A DNA stretch of 64,000 nt from an uncultured Pelagibacteraceae bacterium. GTDB taxonomy: Bacteria; Pseudomonadota; Alphaproteobacteria; Pelagibacterales; AG-422-B15. Position 1 is the first letter of the stretch; every line of letters begins with the position of its first letter. Of the stretch, positions 1 through 9,032 are shown piece after piece. The stretch covers positions 3,941-67,940 of the forward strand of contig CACMWW010000006.1 in the NCBI GenBank assembly GCA_902617525.1, given 5' to 3'. The position numbers and the translations under genes are program-made. The notes beneath the pieces are model-generated. The model was not told the DNA's origin. It did no database searches and worked only from the letters and a program-made list of their open reading frames with translations.

Positions 1-2343
1 AGATCGTGTAAGAGAAACAATTATTTTTTTGTTTTTTTCAATCATTTCCTCTAAATCGGAACTAACATTTGAATAGCTTATTTTAATTTTAGACTTAACA
101 GGCACATTTAGCTCAGCCCTTGTAGACCTAATTGATGATATCAAATTAATAAATAAATTTACTTTCTCACTATTTATAGTTTCAAAATCTAATTTCTGCG
201 GCCACTGAGACTGGCTAATTCTCTGAGACCCTTTATCTAAGATATTTGTTGCTTGATCCCAAACATGTTCTGTAAAAAAAGGCATAATTGGGTGCAGCAT
301 AACTAAAATTTTTGAAAGTACGAGTGATGTAATTTGTTTGGTCTCATTAATTATTATTTTATCATCTGAAGAATATATAATTTTTGTAATTTCTAAATAC
401 CAATCACAAAATACACTCCATGTAAATTTATATAGCTCGTTTGCAGCTTCATTAAACTTATAGTCTTTAATTGATTGTTCTATTTTTTTTTTGCAAATTT
501 CAAGTTCATTTAAAATCCACAAATTAAATATATTTTGGGTGTTTTTGATTTCAAAGTCTTTGTAAAGACATTTATTCATTTCACATAACTTTACTGCATT
601 CCAAATCTTAGTAATAAAATTTCTATAGCCTTCAACTCTCTGCTTTGAAAGCTTTATATCTCTACCTTGAGCAGCCATTGAACAAAGAGTCATTCTTAAA
701 GCGTCTGCGCCAAATTCATCCATCAAGATTAGAGGATCAATAACATTTCCTTTTGACTTAGACATTTTCTGTCCTTTTTCGTCTCGTACTAAAGCATGAA
801 CATACACTTCACTGAATGGGACTTGATTTGTAAAATATAAACCCATCATCATCATGCGAGCGACCCAAAAAAATATAATATCAAAACCGGTCACTAAGGT
901 TGATGTAGGATAAAATTTTTCTAACTCTGGTGTTTGCTCAGGCCATCCTAGTGTAGAAAAAGGCCATAAAGCTGAAGAAAACCATGTATCAAGAACATCT
1001 TCATCTTGAACAAGTTTTACATCTTTTTTATACCTTTCCTGAGCTATCTTGTGCGCCTCATCTGAATTCTCGGCGACAAAAATTTCTCCATCTGGCCCAT
1101 ACCATGCCGGTATTTGATGACCCCATATTAATTGTCTTGAAATACACCAAGGTTGAATATTTTCCATCCAATCAAAATATGTTTTTTCCCAATTTTGCGG
1201 AACAAATATTGTTTCTTTTGTTTTTACTTTATTTATTGCATTTAATGACAATTTTTTTGCATTTACAAACCATTGGTCTGTGAGCCATGGCTCTACCACT
1301 TCACCTGATCTATCCCCATATGGCACGGTATGAATATTCTCTTCAACTTTATTTAGTGCTCCAATGTTATCTAATTCTTTAATTATTTTTTCTCTTGCTT
1401 CAAAGCGGTCAAGATTTTGATATTCGATTGGGCAATTTTCATTAAGCTCAGCATTTTCATTAAAAATATTTATTACATCAAGATTATGTCTTTTTCCTAT
1501 TTCATAATCATTAAAATCATGAGCTGGAGTTATTTTAACAGCGCCAGAGCCTTGATCCACTTTTACATAATCATCAGCAATAATAGTAATTTTTTTATTA
1601 ATGATGGGAATAAATGCACACTTACCTATAAAATCTCTAAACCTCTCGTCTTCAGGGTGAACAGCAATTGCCGTATCTCCAAGCATTGTCTCGGGTCGAG
1701 TTGTTGCAATTGTAATTACCTTATCTTCATTTTCTAATTTGTAGTCTATATACCAGAGTGAACCTTTTACTTCTTTTTGGATCACTTCTAAATCTGAAAT
1801 AGTAGTTTTTAATTTTGGATCCCAGTTACTTAGTCTTTTATCTTTGTAAATAAGTTTATCATTATATAATTTGACGAATACAAATCTTACTGCTTTTGAT
1901 AAACCTTCATCCAGAGTAAACCTTTCTCTAGACCAATCACATGAACAACCTAATCTCTTTAATTGATTGATAATTTCATTTCCAGATTGATTTTTCCATT
2001 CCCATACATGTTCTATAAACTGTTCACGAGATAAATCTTTTTTATTTATATCTCTTTTTTTTAGTTCCCTTTCAACAACCATTTCTGTTGCGATACCTGC
2101 ATGATCTGTGCCGGGCTGCCATAAAACACTTTTACCTTGCATTCTATAAAACCTAGCCAAAATATCCTGGAGAGTATTATTTAGAGCATGACCCATATGG
2201 AGTGTTCCTGTAACATTTGGAGGAGGGATCACTATGCTGTAAGAATCGCTTGAAGATTTTAGAGGTTTAAAATCTCCCTCATTTTCCCATGCTTTATAAA
2301 TTTTATCTTCAACAAGACTTGGTTGATAATATTTTTCCAACAT
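1..2343 (-). CDS. valS: valyl-tRNA synthetase, partial (C-terminal end lies left of the window)
   Basis: Absent from the ORF track because it runs off the window. My translation from the ATG at 2343-2341: MLEKYYQPSLVEDKIYKAWENEGDFKP..IVIPPPNVTGTLHMGHALNNTLQDILARFYRMQGKSVLWQPGTDHAGIATEMVVE (ValRS-type HIGH region). KMSKS is encoded at about 751-768. The start overlaps the stop of the upstream ORF by 1 nt. Confidence 0.9.
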   Translation of the reverse strand, partial: MLEKYYQPSLVEDKIYKAWENEGDFKPLKSSSDSYSIVIPPPNVTGTLHMGHALNNTLQDILARFYRMQGKSVLWQPGTDHAGIATEMVVERELKKRDINKKDLSREQFIEHVWEWKNQSGNEIINQLKRLGCSCDWSRERFTLDEGLSKAVRFVFVKLYNDKLIYKDKRLSNWDPKLKTTISDLEVIQKEVKGSLWYIDYKLENEDKVITIATTRPETMLGDTAIAVHPEDERFRDFIGKCAFIPIINKKITIIADDYVKVDQGSGAVKITPAHDFNDYEIGKRHNLDVINIFNENAELNENCPIEYQNLDRFEAREKIIKELDNIGALNKVEENIHTVPYGDRSGEVVEPWLTDQWFVNAKKLSLNAINKVKTKETIFVPQNWEKTYFDWMENIQPWCISRQLIWGHQIPAWYGPDGEIFVAENSDEAHKIAQERYKKDVKLVQDEDVLDTWFSSALWPFSTLGWPEQTPELEKFYPTSTLVTGFDIIFFWVARMMMMGLYFTNQVPFSEVYVHALVRDEKGQKMSKSKGNVIDPLILMDEFGADALRMTLCSMAAQGRDIKLSKQRVEGYRNFITKIWNAVKLCEMNKCLYKDFEIKNTQNIFNLWILNELEICKKKIEQSIKDYKFNEAANELYKFTWSVFCDWYLEITKIIYSSDDKIIINETKQITSLVLSKILVMLHPIMPFFTEHVWDQATNILDKGSQRISQSQWPQKLDFETINSEKVNLFINLISSIRSTRAELNVPVKSKIKISYSNVSSDLEEMIEKNKKIIVSLTRS

Positions 2344-2750
2344 TAGTTTTTTTTGTTTTCTGTGCTAATGATGATTTTTGATGAATTTAATCTCTCTTGT
2401 ATAACTTTTGTTAGCTCTTCATTGATGATTTGGTCTAATTTTGAATTAGGAAATGAAGCTACTGCATCTCGCACCGCTTGTCTGATCTGCTCCTCATTTA
2501 TTGTATCCGCAATACTTATATCTAATTTGGCTCTATCCTCTTCAATATTTTTTATTTTCTTATCATTAATTGGATTAGATAATTCTAGTATATCTATCTT
2601 CTCATCTTCTTTTTTTACCTCTTCATCAATTGGGTTTGTGAGCTCAATAACATCCTTAGGTAGTCCCTCATCCTGATGTACAGATTTTTCGGACATCATA
2701 TTTTTGATAGCATCTAGTATCTCTTCTGTATTTGGACTATTTTTATTCAT
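2343..2750 (-). CDS. acidic PopZ/DUF2497-like protein
   Basis: 135-aa Glu/Asp/Lys-rich ORF. The N-terminal TEEILDAIKNMMSE resembles the conserved EEILASIRRIISE helix of PopZ/DUF2497. The C-terminal IRQAVRDAV..LDQIINEELTKVIQERL resembles the DUF2497 C-terminal helices. Position between a pcm-like gene and valS is typical of alphaproteobacteria. Family call is from memory; no HMM was run. Confidence 0.6.
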   Translation of the reverse strand: MNKNSPNTEEILDAIKNMMSEKSVHQDEGLPKDVIELTNPIDEEVKKEDEKIDILELSNPINDKKIKNIEEDRAKLDISIADTINEEQIRQAVRDAVASFPNSKLDQIINEELTKVIQERLNSSKIIISTENKKN

Positions 2751-2776
2751 TATAATACTTTTATAGCGATAAGTAG

Positions 2777-3427
2777 TTAGAAACTAAAGCTATTTTTTTT
2801 CATGAACATACTTAAGACTGGCATTGTGCAATTAAATAACTTTTGTTCACTAATTGAGCTTCCATTCTTTTTAAATAATTTAGCTGAACAAATTTCTTCT
2901 TCTTGAACTACAGCAAAAAGCCTCCCCCCTTCATCTAATTGGTTAAGAATATTGTTCGGAACTTCTTGAATGGCACCTTCAATTATAATTGCATTAAAAG
3001 GTGATTGCTCATTATATCCTTTCACAATTTCATTTTTTATGAAGACTACATTATTTATATTGCTTTTTTTTATCGCATTTTCAGAATTACTCAGAAGCTT
3101 TTCATTTTCTTCTACAACTATGACTGTTTCCGCTTGATGAGATAAAATTGCGCTAAGATAACCAGTAGTTGCTCCCAATATCAAAACATTCTCGTTAGCT
3201 TTCAAGTTTATACTTAAAGCTATTTGAGCAATCAGGCTGGGCTTCAAAATTGTTCTTTCATTCTCTAATATGATATTTTTTTCAATGTATGACATCTCTT
3301 TCATGATTTCAGGCATGAAGTCATTTCTATCAAGGGAATAGAAAACAGAGAGAAGTTCCTCGCTCATGCCATTTATTGGCTTTATTTGCCCTTCAATCAT
3401 ATTTTTATTAAGTGTTGCTTCTGCCAT
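2777..3427 (-). CDS. pcm: protein-L-isoaspartate O-methyltransferase family protein
   Basis: 216 aa with a SAM-binding motif-I-like VLILGATTGYLSAIL followed by VVEENEKL. Conserved neighbourhood with DUF2497 and valS. Confidence 0.7.
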   Translation of the reverse strand: MAEATLNKNMIEGQIKPINGMSEELLSVFYSLDRNDFMPEIMKEMSYIEKNIILENERTILKPSLIAQIALSINLKANENVLILGATTGYLSAILSHQAETVIVVEENEKLLSNSENAIKKSNINNVVFIKNEIVKGYNEQSPFNAIIIEGAIQEVPNNILNQLDEGGRLFAVVQEEEICSAKLFKKNGSSISEQKLFNCTMPVLSMFMKKNSFSF

Positions 3428-3522
3428 AATTTTTATTGATACGTTTTTATAGTATATGATTACTTACTTTTCAAAAATATTCACATTTTGTGAGTATTAA
3501 TGATATATAACTCATACATTTT

Positions 3523-3596
3523 GGCCACGTGGCGGAATGGTTACGCAGAGGACTGCAAATCCTTGTATACCGGTTCGATTCCGGTCGTGGCCTCCA
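3523..3596 (+). tRNA. tRNA-Cys (GCA)
   Basis: Acceptor GGCCACG/CGTGGCC, anticodon stem GAGGA/TCCTT with loop CTGCAAA, T-arm GGTTCGATTCC, encoded CCA. Confidence 0.93.
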
Positions 3597-3602
3597 TTCA
3601 TA

Positions 3603-4619
3603 TTAAGACAAATGCTTTTTGAGAGAGTTGATTATTTTATTCGCTTGATCATCACGTATCCATGAATGAAAATTTTTTATCATCGGAGGTGAAAAATTTG
3701 GCAGTAATTGACTCAGTTTGCTTTTTATTGATCTAATTGATGTGCCTTTTTCGTGCGAAGCAAGATAAGCAATATAAGATTGTGGATATTCTGGCTGCAG
3801 TCTTATTAATTTTTCTGAATATTTTTGCGCCTCCTTCACTTTTTCATCAATAAAATTGAATCTCCATAGCTCATAATATGTTCTCCATTGCCCATAAATA
3901 TCCTCATATAATTCAAGCGCTTTATCCATCTCCTGATAGGCTCTCTTTTTCTCATCGATTTGAAATAAAGATGAACCAAACAAACGACGTCCATGCGCGA
4001 ATTTTTTATTCAGCTTGATAGAGTTATAAGAATGATTCAAAGCAAGATCAAAATTGCCACCATAATAATATGATAATCCAAATGCGAATTGACAAAGAAA
4101 ATTATTTTCATTTAACGATACTGAACTTCTTGCAAGATTTAAAAGTGTTTTTCTAACTTTGTTTGGATCTCTTACATTAAACATCCAAAGTTTATCAGCA
4201 TAAGACATAGCAATTTTTGAAATAGTAATAGCTAAGTCTTCTTTTGGTATTGAACTACTGAGTTTATCATATGAGTTTTTTGACAATAAAAATCTGATTG
4301 TTCTTTTGTCTTTTTGGTTTTTTGATTTTCTTATTACTCCATTCTCTTCAAGATATTTTAACCTCCTCCAAAGAGTTCTCTCAGGAGATTGAGTAAAGTA
4401 TTGAATATCATAAAATGAAAGACCTTTATAAAAATTCACATAAAGTCTAAATACAATTTCTAAATCTAATAAACTTGTAAGCGCAAGTGATTTAAGTACT
4501 TTAAATAATCCACCATATAAAAAGCTAAATACAGCCTCATCAAGTAAATTTACATTTTTAGATACTTGATCACTTCTTCCAAATCCAAACTCATAAATAT
4601 TGTCTTTTTGTACTGTCAT
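3603..4619 (-). CDS. MarR-like winged-helix domain fused to a TPR-like helical repeat domain (putative regulator)
   Basis: 338 aa. Residues ~45-115 (..SFYDIQYFTQSPERTLWRRLKYLEENGVIRKSKNQKDKRTIRFLLS) fit the MarR wHTH pattern (recognition helix, then the DxR wing). The C-terminal ~200 aa is helical and repeat-like (..AYQEMDKALELYEDIYGQW..KEAQKYSEKLIRLQPEYPQSYIAYL..). It sits alone between two oppositely oriented tRNAs. Confidence 0.6.
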   Translation of the reverse strand: MTVQKDNIYEFGFGRSDQVSKNVNLLDEAVFSFLYGGLFKVLKSLALTSLLDLEIVFRLYVNFYKGLSFYDIQYFTQSPERTLWRRLKYLEENGVIRKSKNQKDKRTIRFLLSKNSYDKLSSSIPKEDLAITISKIAMSYADKLWMFNVRDPNKVRKTLLNLARSSVSLNENNFLCQFAFGLSYYYGGNFDLALNHSYNSIKLNKKFAHGRRLFGSSLFQIDEKKRAYQEMDKALELYEDIYGQWRTYYELWRFNFIDEKVKEAQKYSEKLIRLQPEYPQSYIAYLASHEKGTSIRSIKSKLSQLLPNFSPPMIKNFHSWIRDDQANKIINSLKKHLS

Positions 4620-4694
4620 GGAGAATATTTATATCTTTCTTATTGAAGTAAAACTAGATATAAACTTTATCTTTTGTTATAAGAAACTACATAA

Positions 4695-4770
4695 TCCCCG
4701 GTAGCTCAGTTGGTAGAGCAAGCGGCTGTTAACCGCTTTGTCACTGGTTCGAGTCCAGTCCGGGGAGCCA
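4695..4770 (+). tRNA. tRNA-Asn (GTT)
   Basis: Acceptor TCCCCGG/CCGGGGA, anticodon stem AGCGG/CCGCT with loop CTGTTAA, T-arm GGTTCGAGTCC, encoded CCA. It ends 2 nt from the convergent aapP stop. Confidence 0.93.
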
Positions 4771-4772
4771 AA

Positions 4773-5510
4773 TTACAATATTTGACTTAAAAATGTTTTA
4801 GTTCGCTCACTTTCAGGATTATCAAAAAAGTCTTTTGGGTTCTTTGCTTCTACGATTTGACCCTCATCCATGAAAATAATGCTATCAGCAACCTCTTTAG
4901 CAAATCCCATTTCATGGGTGACAACAATCATTGTCATACCGCCTTGGGCAAGCCCAACCATCACATCTAATACTTCCTTGATCATCTCTGGATCAAGAGC
5001 TGAGGTGGGCTCATCAAAAAGCATAATTCTTGGCTCCATACAAAGCGCTCTTGCTATTGCCGCTCTCTGTTGTTGACCGCCGGACAACTGAGCTGGATAC
5101 TTGTGTGCCTGATCATCTATTTGAACTCTTTTCAGATATTCCATAGCTTTTTCTTTTGCTTCAGCCTTTGGTAGTTTGCGAACCCATATAGGAGCAAGTG
5201 AACAATTGTCTAATATAGATAAATGTGGGAATAAATTAAACTGTTGGAATACCATTCCAACTTCTCCACGAATTCTTTCAATACTTCTGCTGTCATTAGT
5301 AAGTTCTGTGCCTTCTACTATAATATTACCTCTTTGATGCTCCTCTAATCTATTGATGCATCTGATAAGCGTTGATTTGCCAGATCCAGATGGACCACAA
5401 ATAACAATCTTTTCCCCTTTGTTAATTTCTAGATTAATATCATTTAGTACGTGCAGTTCACCAAACCATTTGTGAACATTTTTCATTTCTATCATTAATT
5501 CAGAACTCAT
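4773..5510 (-). CDS. aapP: general L-amino-acid ABC transporter, ATP-binding protein
   Basis: Walker [13 protein letters not shown] signature LSGGQQQR, Walker [12 protein letters not shown]. Polar amino-acid ATPase family (GlnQ/AapP/YhdZ). Last gene of the aapJQMP order. Confidence 0.88.
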   Translation of the reverse strand: MSSELMIEMKNVHKWFGELHVLNDINLEINKGEKIVICGPSGSGKSTLIRCINRLEEHQRGNIIVEGTELTNDSRSIERIRGEVGMVFQQFNLFPHLSILDNCSLAPIWVRKLPKAEAKEKAMEYLKRVQIDDQAHKYPAQLSGGQQQRAAIARALCMEPRIMLFDEPTSALDPEMIKEVLDVMVGLAQGGMTMIVVTHEMGFAKEVADSIIFMDEGQIVEAKNPKDFFDNPESERTKTFLSQIL

Positions 5511-5512
5511 AC

Positions 5513-6595
5513 TTATCTTCCTGTATCTAATTTTTTTTCAAGACGTTGACTATACCAGCTCATAGCGTAACAAAAAACCCAAAAAACTGCAGCAGCAAAT
5601 ACATAACCTTCATGTGAGAATCCTAGCCAATCAGGGTTTGTTCCAACAAATTGAATGATACCAAGAAAATCAAATAAACCTATAACTAAAACAAGAGTTG
5701 TGTCTTTAAATATTGCTATAAAACTTCCTATAATTGCGGGAATTACCATTTTGAGTGATTGAGGTAAAATGACTAATGCCATCATTCTCCAATAAGTTAA
5801 CCCTACTGCTTGCGATGCTTCGTACTGGCCCTTTGGCATTGCCTGCAAGCCGCCTCGAACAACTTCTGCTAAATATGCAGCTGAAAAAAACATAACTCCA
5901 ATCAATGCTCGAATTAATTTATCAAAGTTGACCCCCTCGGGCATGAACAGTGGAAACATATTTGAGGCCATAAATAAAACTGTTATAAGCGGAACACCTC
6001 TCCAAATTTCAATAAAGATTGTACATAAAATTGAAACTACCGGCAGCTTAGACCTTCTGCCTAGAGCCAGCATTACTCCAATTGGAAGAGATAATACAAT
6101 TCCAACTCCTGCTATAACAAGTGTTAAAAATAAACCACCCCACAAACGAGTTTCAACCGCTTCAAGGCCAAGACCGCCTGACAACATAACAACACAAATG
6201 ATTGGGAAAATTATAAGCAGAAAAGCGCCAACCCATCCTTTGTGCTTTAGATTAGGAATAAGAAGATATAAACCTGATATAAAAAGAATAAGGTAGACAA
6301 AATTTATTCTCCATAATTCTTCAGTTGGGTATAGTCCATAAAATATAAGCTTGATATTTTGTTGAATAAATATCCAGCATGCTCCTTCATTTGTGCAGTC
6401 ATCTCGGGTCAAGCCGACAAAATTTGCATCTAAAAATATCCAGTTCACCAGTGGAGGGATTAGAATGTAAAGGAGATATAAGCCAAAAATTGTAAGCAAA
6501 GAATTATACCAATTAGAAAAAAGATTTTTTCTAAGCCATCCCATTACTCCTAACTCGATAACTGGAGGTCCGATCTCTTTGTTGGCAGCACTCAT
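5513..6595 (-). CDS. aapM: general L-amino-acid ABC transporter permease
   Basis: 360-aa multi-TM protein with the permease EAA-type loop [28 protein letters not shown]. Lies 2 nt from aapP and abuts aapQ. Confidence 0.85.
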   Translation of the reverse strand: MSAANKEIGPPVIELGVMGWLRKNLFSNWYNSLLTIFGLYLLYILIPPLVNWIFLDANFVGLTRDDCTNEGACWIFIQQNIKLIFYGLYPTEELWRINFVYLILFISGLYLLIPNLKHKGWVGAFLLIIFPIICVVMLSGGLGLEAVETRLWGGLFLTLVIAGVGIVLSLPIGVMLALGRRSKLPVVSILCTIFIEIWRGVPLITVLFMASNMFPLFMPEGVNFDKLIRALIGVMFFSAAYLAEVVRGGLQAMPKGQYEASQAVGLTYWRMMALVILPQSLKMVIPAIIGSFIAIFKDTTLVLVIGLFDFLGIIQFVGTNPDWLGFSHEGYVFAAAVFWVFCYAMSWYSQRLEKKLDTGR

Positions 6596-7774
6596 TTATC
6601 TTTCACCATCAACTTTCATAAATCTGTTAAATAAATTCATAATTAAAGATGTGAATAGGCTTAAAAATAGATATACACCCATCACCATTCCAATAATTTC
6701 AATTGCTTGACCAGTTTGCATCAATGCCGTCCCAGCAAATACCAAAACGAGATCAGGATATGCAATAGCAGCTGCCAAGGAAGAGTTTTTAGTTAAGTTT
6801 AAATATTGATTAGTTAATGGCGGTACAATAATTCGCAATGCCTGAGGAATTATAATTAGACGAAGTATTAGATTTTGTTTTAGACCCACAGATTTTGCAG
6901 CTTCTGTTTGACCTTTCGACACCGCCATAATGCCACCTCGAACTACTTCTGCAATAAATGATGCTGTGTACATAGCTAGTGCAAAAGTAAGAGCAACTAA
7001 TTCAGGTATTAATTTTACGCCACCTTTAAAATTAAAACCTTTTAATTCCGGGTATTCAAAAGAAACAGGAAAACCAGTTGCAGCTAAACTAATAAAGAAC
7101 GTACCTAAAATTAATGCAGTTGATACATAGAAGGCAGGGAATCTCTCTCCAGTTCTATCTTGTCTACGTTTTGCCCAAATGAACATTCCAATTGAAATTA
7201 TTATTGTTAGCCAAAGCAAATAAAATATTATTGAAGATCCCTCACCGAATACAGTGTCAGGTATAAATAAACCTCTGTTATTTAGAAAAAATGAATCGTA
7301 AAGCTCTAAACTCTGCTTAGGCTTTGGAAGTGCTCTTAAAACAGCAAAGTACCAAAAAAATATTTGAAGAAGTAACGGGATATTTCTAAGAATCTCAACA
7401 TAAGCCTCTGCAATCTTTGCAATCAACCAATTAGATGATAACCGCATGATACCTACTGTAAATCCGATTATTGTTGCAAAAAGAATTCCTATTCCTGCAA
7501 CCAGCAAGGTATTCAATAAACCTACAATGAATGAGTCAAAATAAGTAGATGTTGGAGAATACTCTATAAGAGTCATACCTATATCAAATTGAGACTCAAC
7601 TCCTAGAAAGTGAAAACCGCTTGCTAAGCCCCGTTCCAGCATATTGCGAGCTGTGTTAGTAACAATGTAGTAAATACCAAGAGCTACTAACCCTAATGTG
7701 ATAAGCTGATAGAAGACCCCTTGAACACTTCTATTAAAAAGAAAACTTCCGATTTTTGATTTATCCGTCTCCAT
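6596..7774 (-). CDS. aapQ: general L-amino-acid ABC transporter permease
   Basis: 392-aa multi-TM protein with the EAA-type loop ASFIAEVVRGGIMAVSKGQTEAAKSVGL. Long AapQ/YhdX-type N-terminal half. Confidence 0.85.
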   Translation of the reverse strand: METDKSKIGSFLFNRSVQGVFYQLITLGLVALGIYYIVTNTARNMLERGLASGFHFLGVESQFDIGMTLIEYSPTSTYFDSFIVGLLNTLLVAGIGILFATIIGFTVGIMRLSSNWLIAKIAEAYVEILRNIPLLLQIFFWYFAVLRALPKPKQSLELYDSFFLNNRGLFIPDTVFGEGSSIIFYLLWLTIIISIGMFIWAKRRQDRTGERFPAFYVSTALILGTFFISLAATGFPVSFEYPELKGFNFKGGVKLIPELVALTFALAMYTASFIAEVVRGGIMAVSKGQTEAAKSVGLKQNLILRLIIIPQALRIIVPPLTNQYLNLTKNSSLAAAIAYPDLVLVFAGTALMQTGQAIEIIGMVMGVYLFLSLFTSLIMNLFNRFMKVDGER

Positions 7775-7815
7775 AACAGCTAAAAACTATATATTGATTT
7801 GAATTATTTACACAT

Positions 7816-7841
7816 AAAAAAAAGGGGGCCACTTGGCCCCC
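7816..7841 (-). terminator. rho-independent terminator/attenuator between aapJ and aapQ
   Basis: On the minus strand: GGGGGCC-AAGU-GGCCCCC followed by eight U (plus-strand A run 7816-7823). This is the only strongly GC-rich hairpin I saw in the window. It lies in the 102-nt gap downstream of the binding-protein gene. Confidence 0.8.
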
Positions 7842-7876
7842 TTTAAAGTGATCTTTGCTAGAAATTACTTTTTCTA

Positions 7877-8902
7877 TTATCTAGCAGGAGGAGCATAGAG
7901 TACTCCACCGTTTTTATAAGAAGCATTTGGTGATCCTGCTCTTGCAAGGCCAACAGGAGTATTTTCTCCTACATGTTTTTCATAAACATCACCGTAGTTT
8001 CCTACTTTTGTAACTATGTCATAAGACCAGCTCTCACCTAAGTTCAAGCCTGCGCCCGTTCCACCTTCTTTACCACATAGTCTTGCAACTACAGGGTTTG
8101 AAGTCATTGCGCATGTCGTTTGAGCATTTGATTGAGTTAAGCCGAATTCTTCAGCCTCAATCATTGCGTTCAAAGACCATCTCACAACGTCAGCCCAGTC
8201 TCCATCACCTTCTCTAACAACAGGTCCTAAAGGTTCTTTAGAAATTGTTTCAGGAAGAACAACGTGAGCATCTGGATCAGCTAGTTTTGTTCTTTGAGCT
8301 GCTAAACCTGATTTATCAGTTGTATATGTATCGCAACGACCTTCGTCATAAGCATTTACAACCTCGTCAGCTTTTTCGAAAACAACTGGCTCATAAGCCA
8401 TGCCATTTGCTCTAAAAAAGTCAGCCATGTTTAATTCAGTGGTAGTACCAAGGTTAGTACAAACACTTGCACCATCTAGTTCCATTGCACTAGTAATGCC
8501 TGAGTCTTTTCTAACCATGAAACCTTGACCATCATAGAAGTTAACGCCCGCAAACTCTAAACCAATTTGAGCGTCACGTGACAATGTCCAAGTAGTGTTT
8601 CGTGATAATACGTCAATTTCTCCAGCTTGAAGTGCTGTAAATCTCTCTTTTGCAGTAAGAGGTACATACTTTACTTTATCTGGATCACCAAAAATGGCAG
8701 CTGAGACAGCACGACATACGTCTACATCAATACCACTCCAGTTTCCATCCGCATCTGGGTTTGAAAAACCAGGAACTCCCTGACTTACACCACAGTTGAA
8801 AAATCCTTGTGATTTAACAGTGTCCAAAGTTCCAGCAAATGCAGCTGGCACCATCAACACTGAACAAACTAATCCAAGGAAACTAATTCTCATTGTATTC
8901 AT
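7877..8902 (-). CDS. aapJ: general L-amino-acid ABC transporter periplasmic binding protein
   Basis: 341 aa with signal peptide MNTMRISFLGLVCSVLMVPAAFA. Family-3 solute-binding protein similar to AapJ/YhdW. First gene of the aapJQMP order. Confidence 0.88.
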   Translation of the reverse strand: MNTMRISFLGLVCSVLMVPAAFAGTLDTVKSQGFFNCGVSQGVPGFSNPDADGNWSGIDVDVCRAVSAAIFGDPDKVKYVPLTAKERFTALQAGEIDVLSRNTTWTLSRDAQIGLEFAGVNFYDGQGFMVRKDSGITSAMELDGASVCTNLGTTTELNMADFFRANGMAYEPVVFEKADEVVNAYDEGRCDTYTTDKSGLAAQRTKLADPDAHVVLPETISKEPLGPVVREGDGDWADVVRWSLNAMIEAEEFGLTQSNAQTTCAMTSNPVVARLCGKEGGTGAGLNLGESWSYDIVTKVGNYGDVYEKHVGENTPVGLARAGSPNASYKNGGVLYAPPAR

Positions 8903-9032
8903 AAGTGATTAATCCTTTTTGATTTAATTAATTAAATAAAGGAAAATATAATCACAGTTTTAATTCGAAGAGAAACAAATAAAGTAGAAACAGAAAAGGC
9001 AAATTGACACCGCTATATATTGTGTCATTTAA

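Noticed and set aside
984-1737. Plus-strand ORFs 984-1283 and 1417-1737
   Set aside because: Both lie antisense within valS, which is not in the track because it is truncated by the window edge. valS carries clear HIGH and KMSKS motifs.
3523-4770. The tRNA-Cys / tRNA-Asn bounded slot as an integrated mobile element or genomic island
   Set aside because: There is no integrase, transposase or phage gene. I found no direct repeat of either tRNA 3' end in the flanks, and only one gene lies in the slot. It is retained as a finding only for the unusual regulator, not as a mobile element.
5928-6296. Antisense or alternate-frame ORFs inside real genes (e.g. 2353-2676, 4870-5076, 5928-6296, 9260-9652, 12215-12430, 18313-18576, 26778-27128, 40465-40872, 44684-45028, 46693-46944)
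   Set aside because: All lie within or across well-supported conserved genes on the other strand or frame. Their translations are low-complexity with no recognisable motifs. These are shadow ORFs typical of AT-rich DNA.
8985-9032. TTGACA box at about 9005 as a plus-strand promoter
   Set aside because: The candidate -10 at 17-nt spacing (ATTTAA) is poor, and transcription would run antisense into the 3' end of the Sel1-repeat gene. I could not support any promoter call by eye in DNA this AT-rich.
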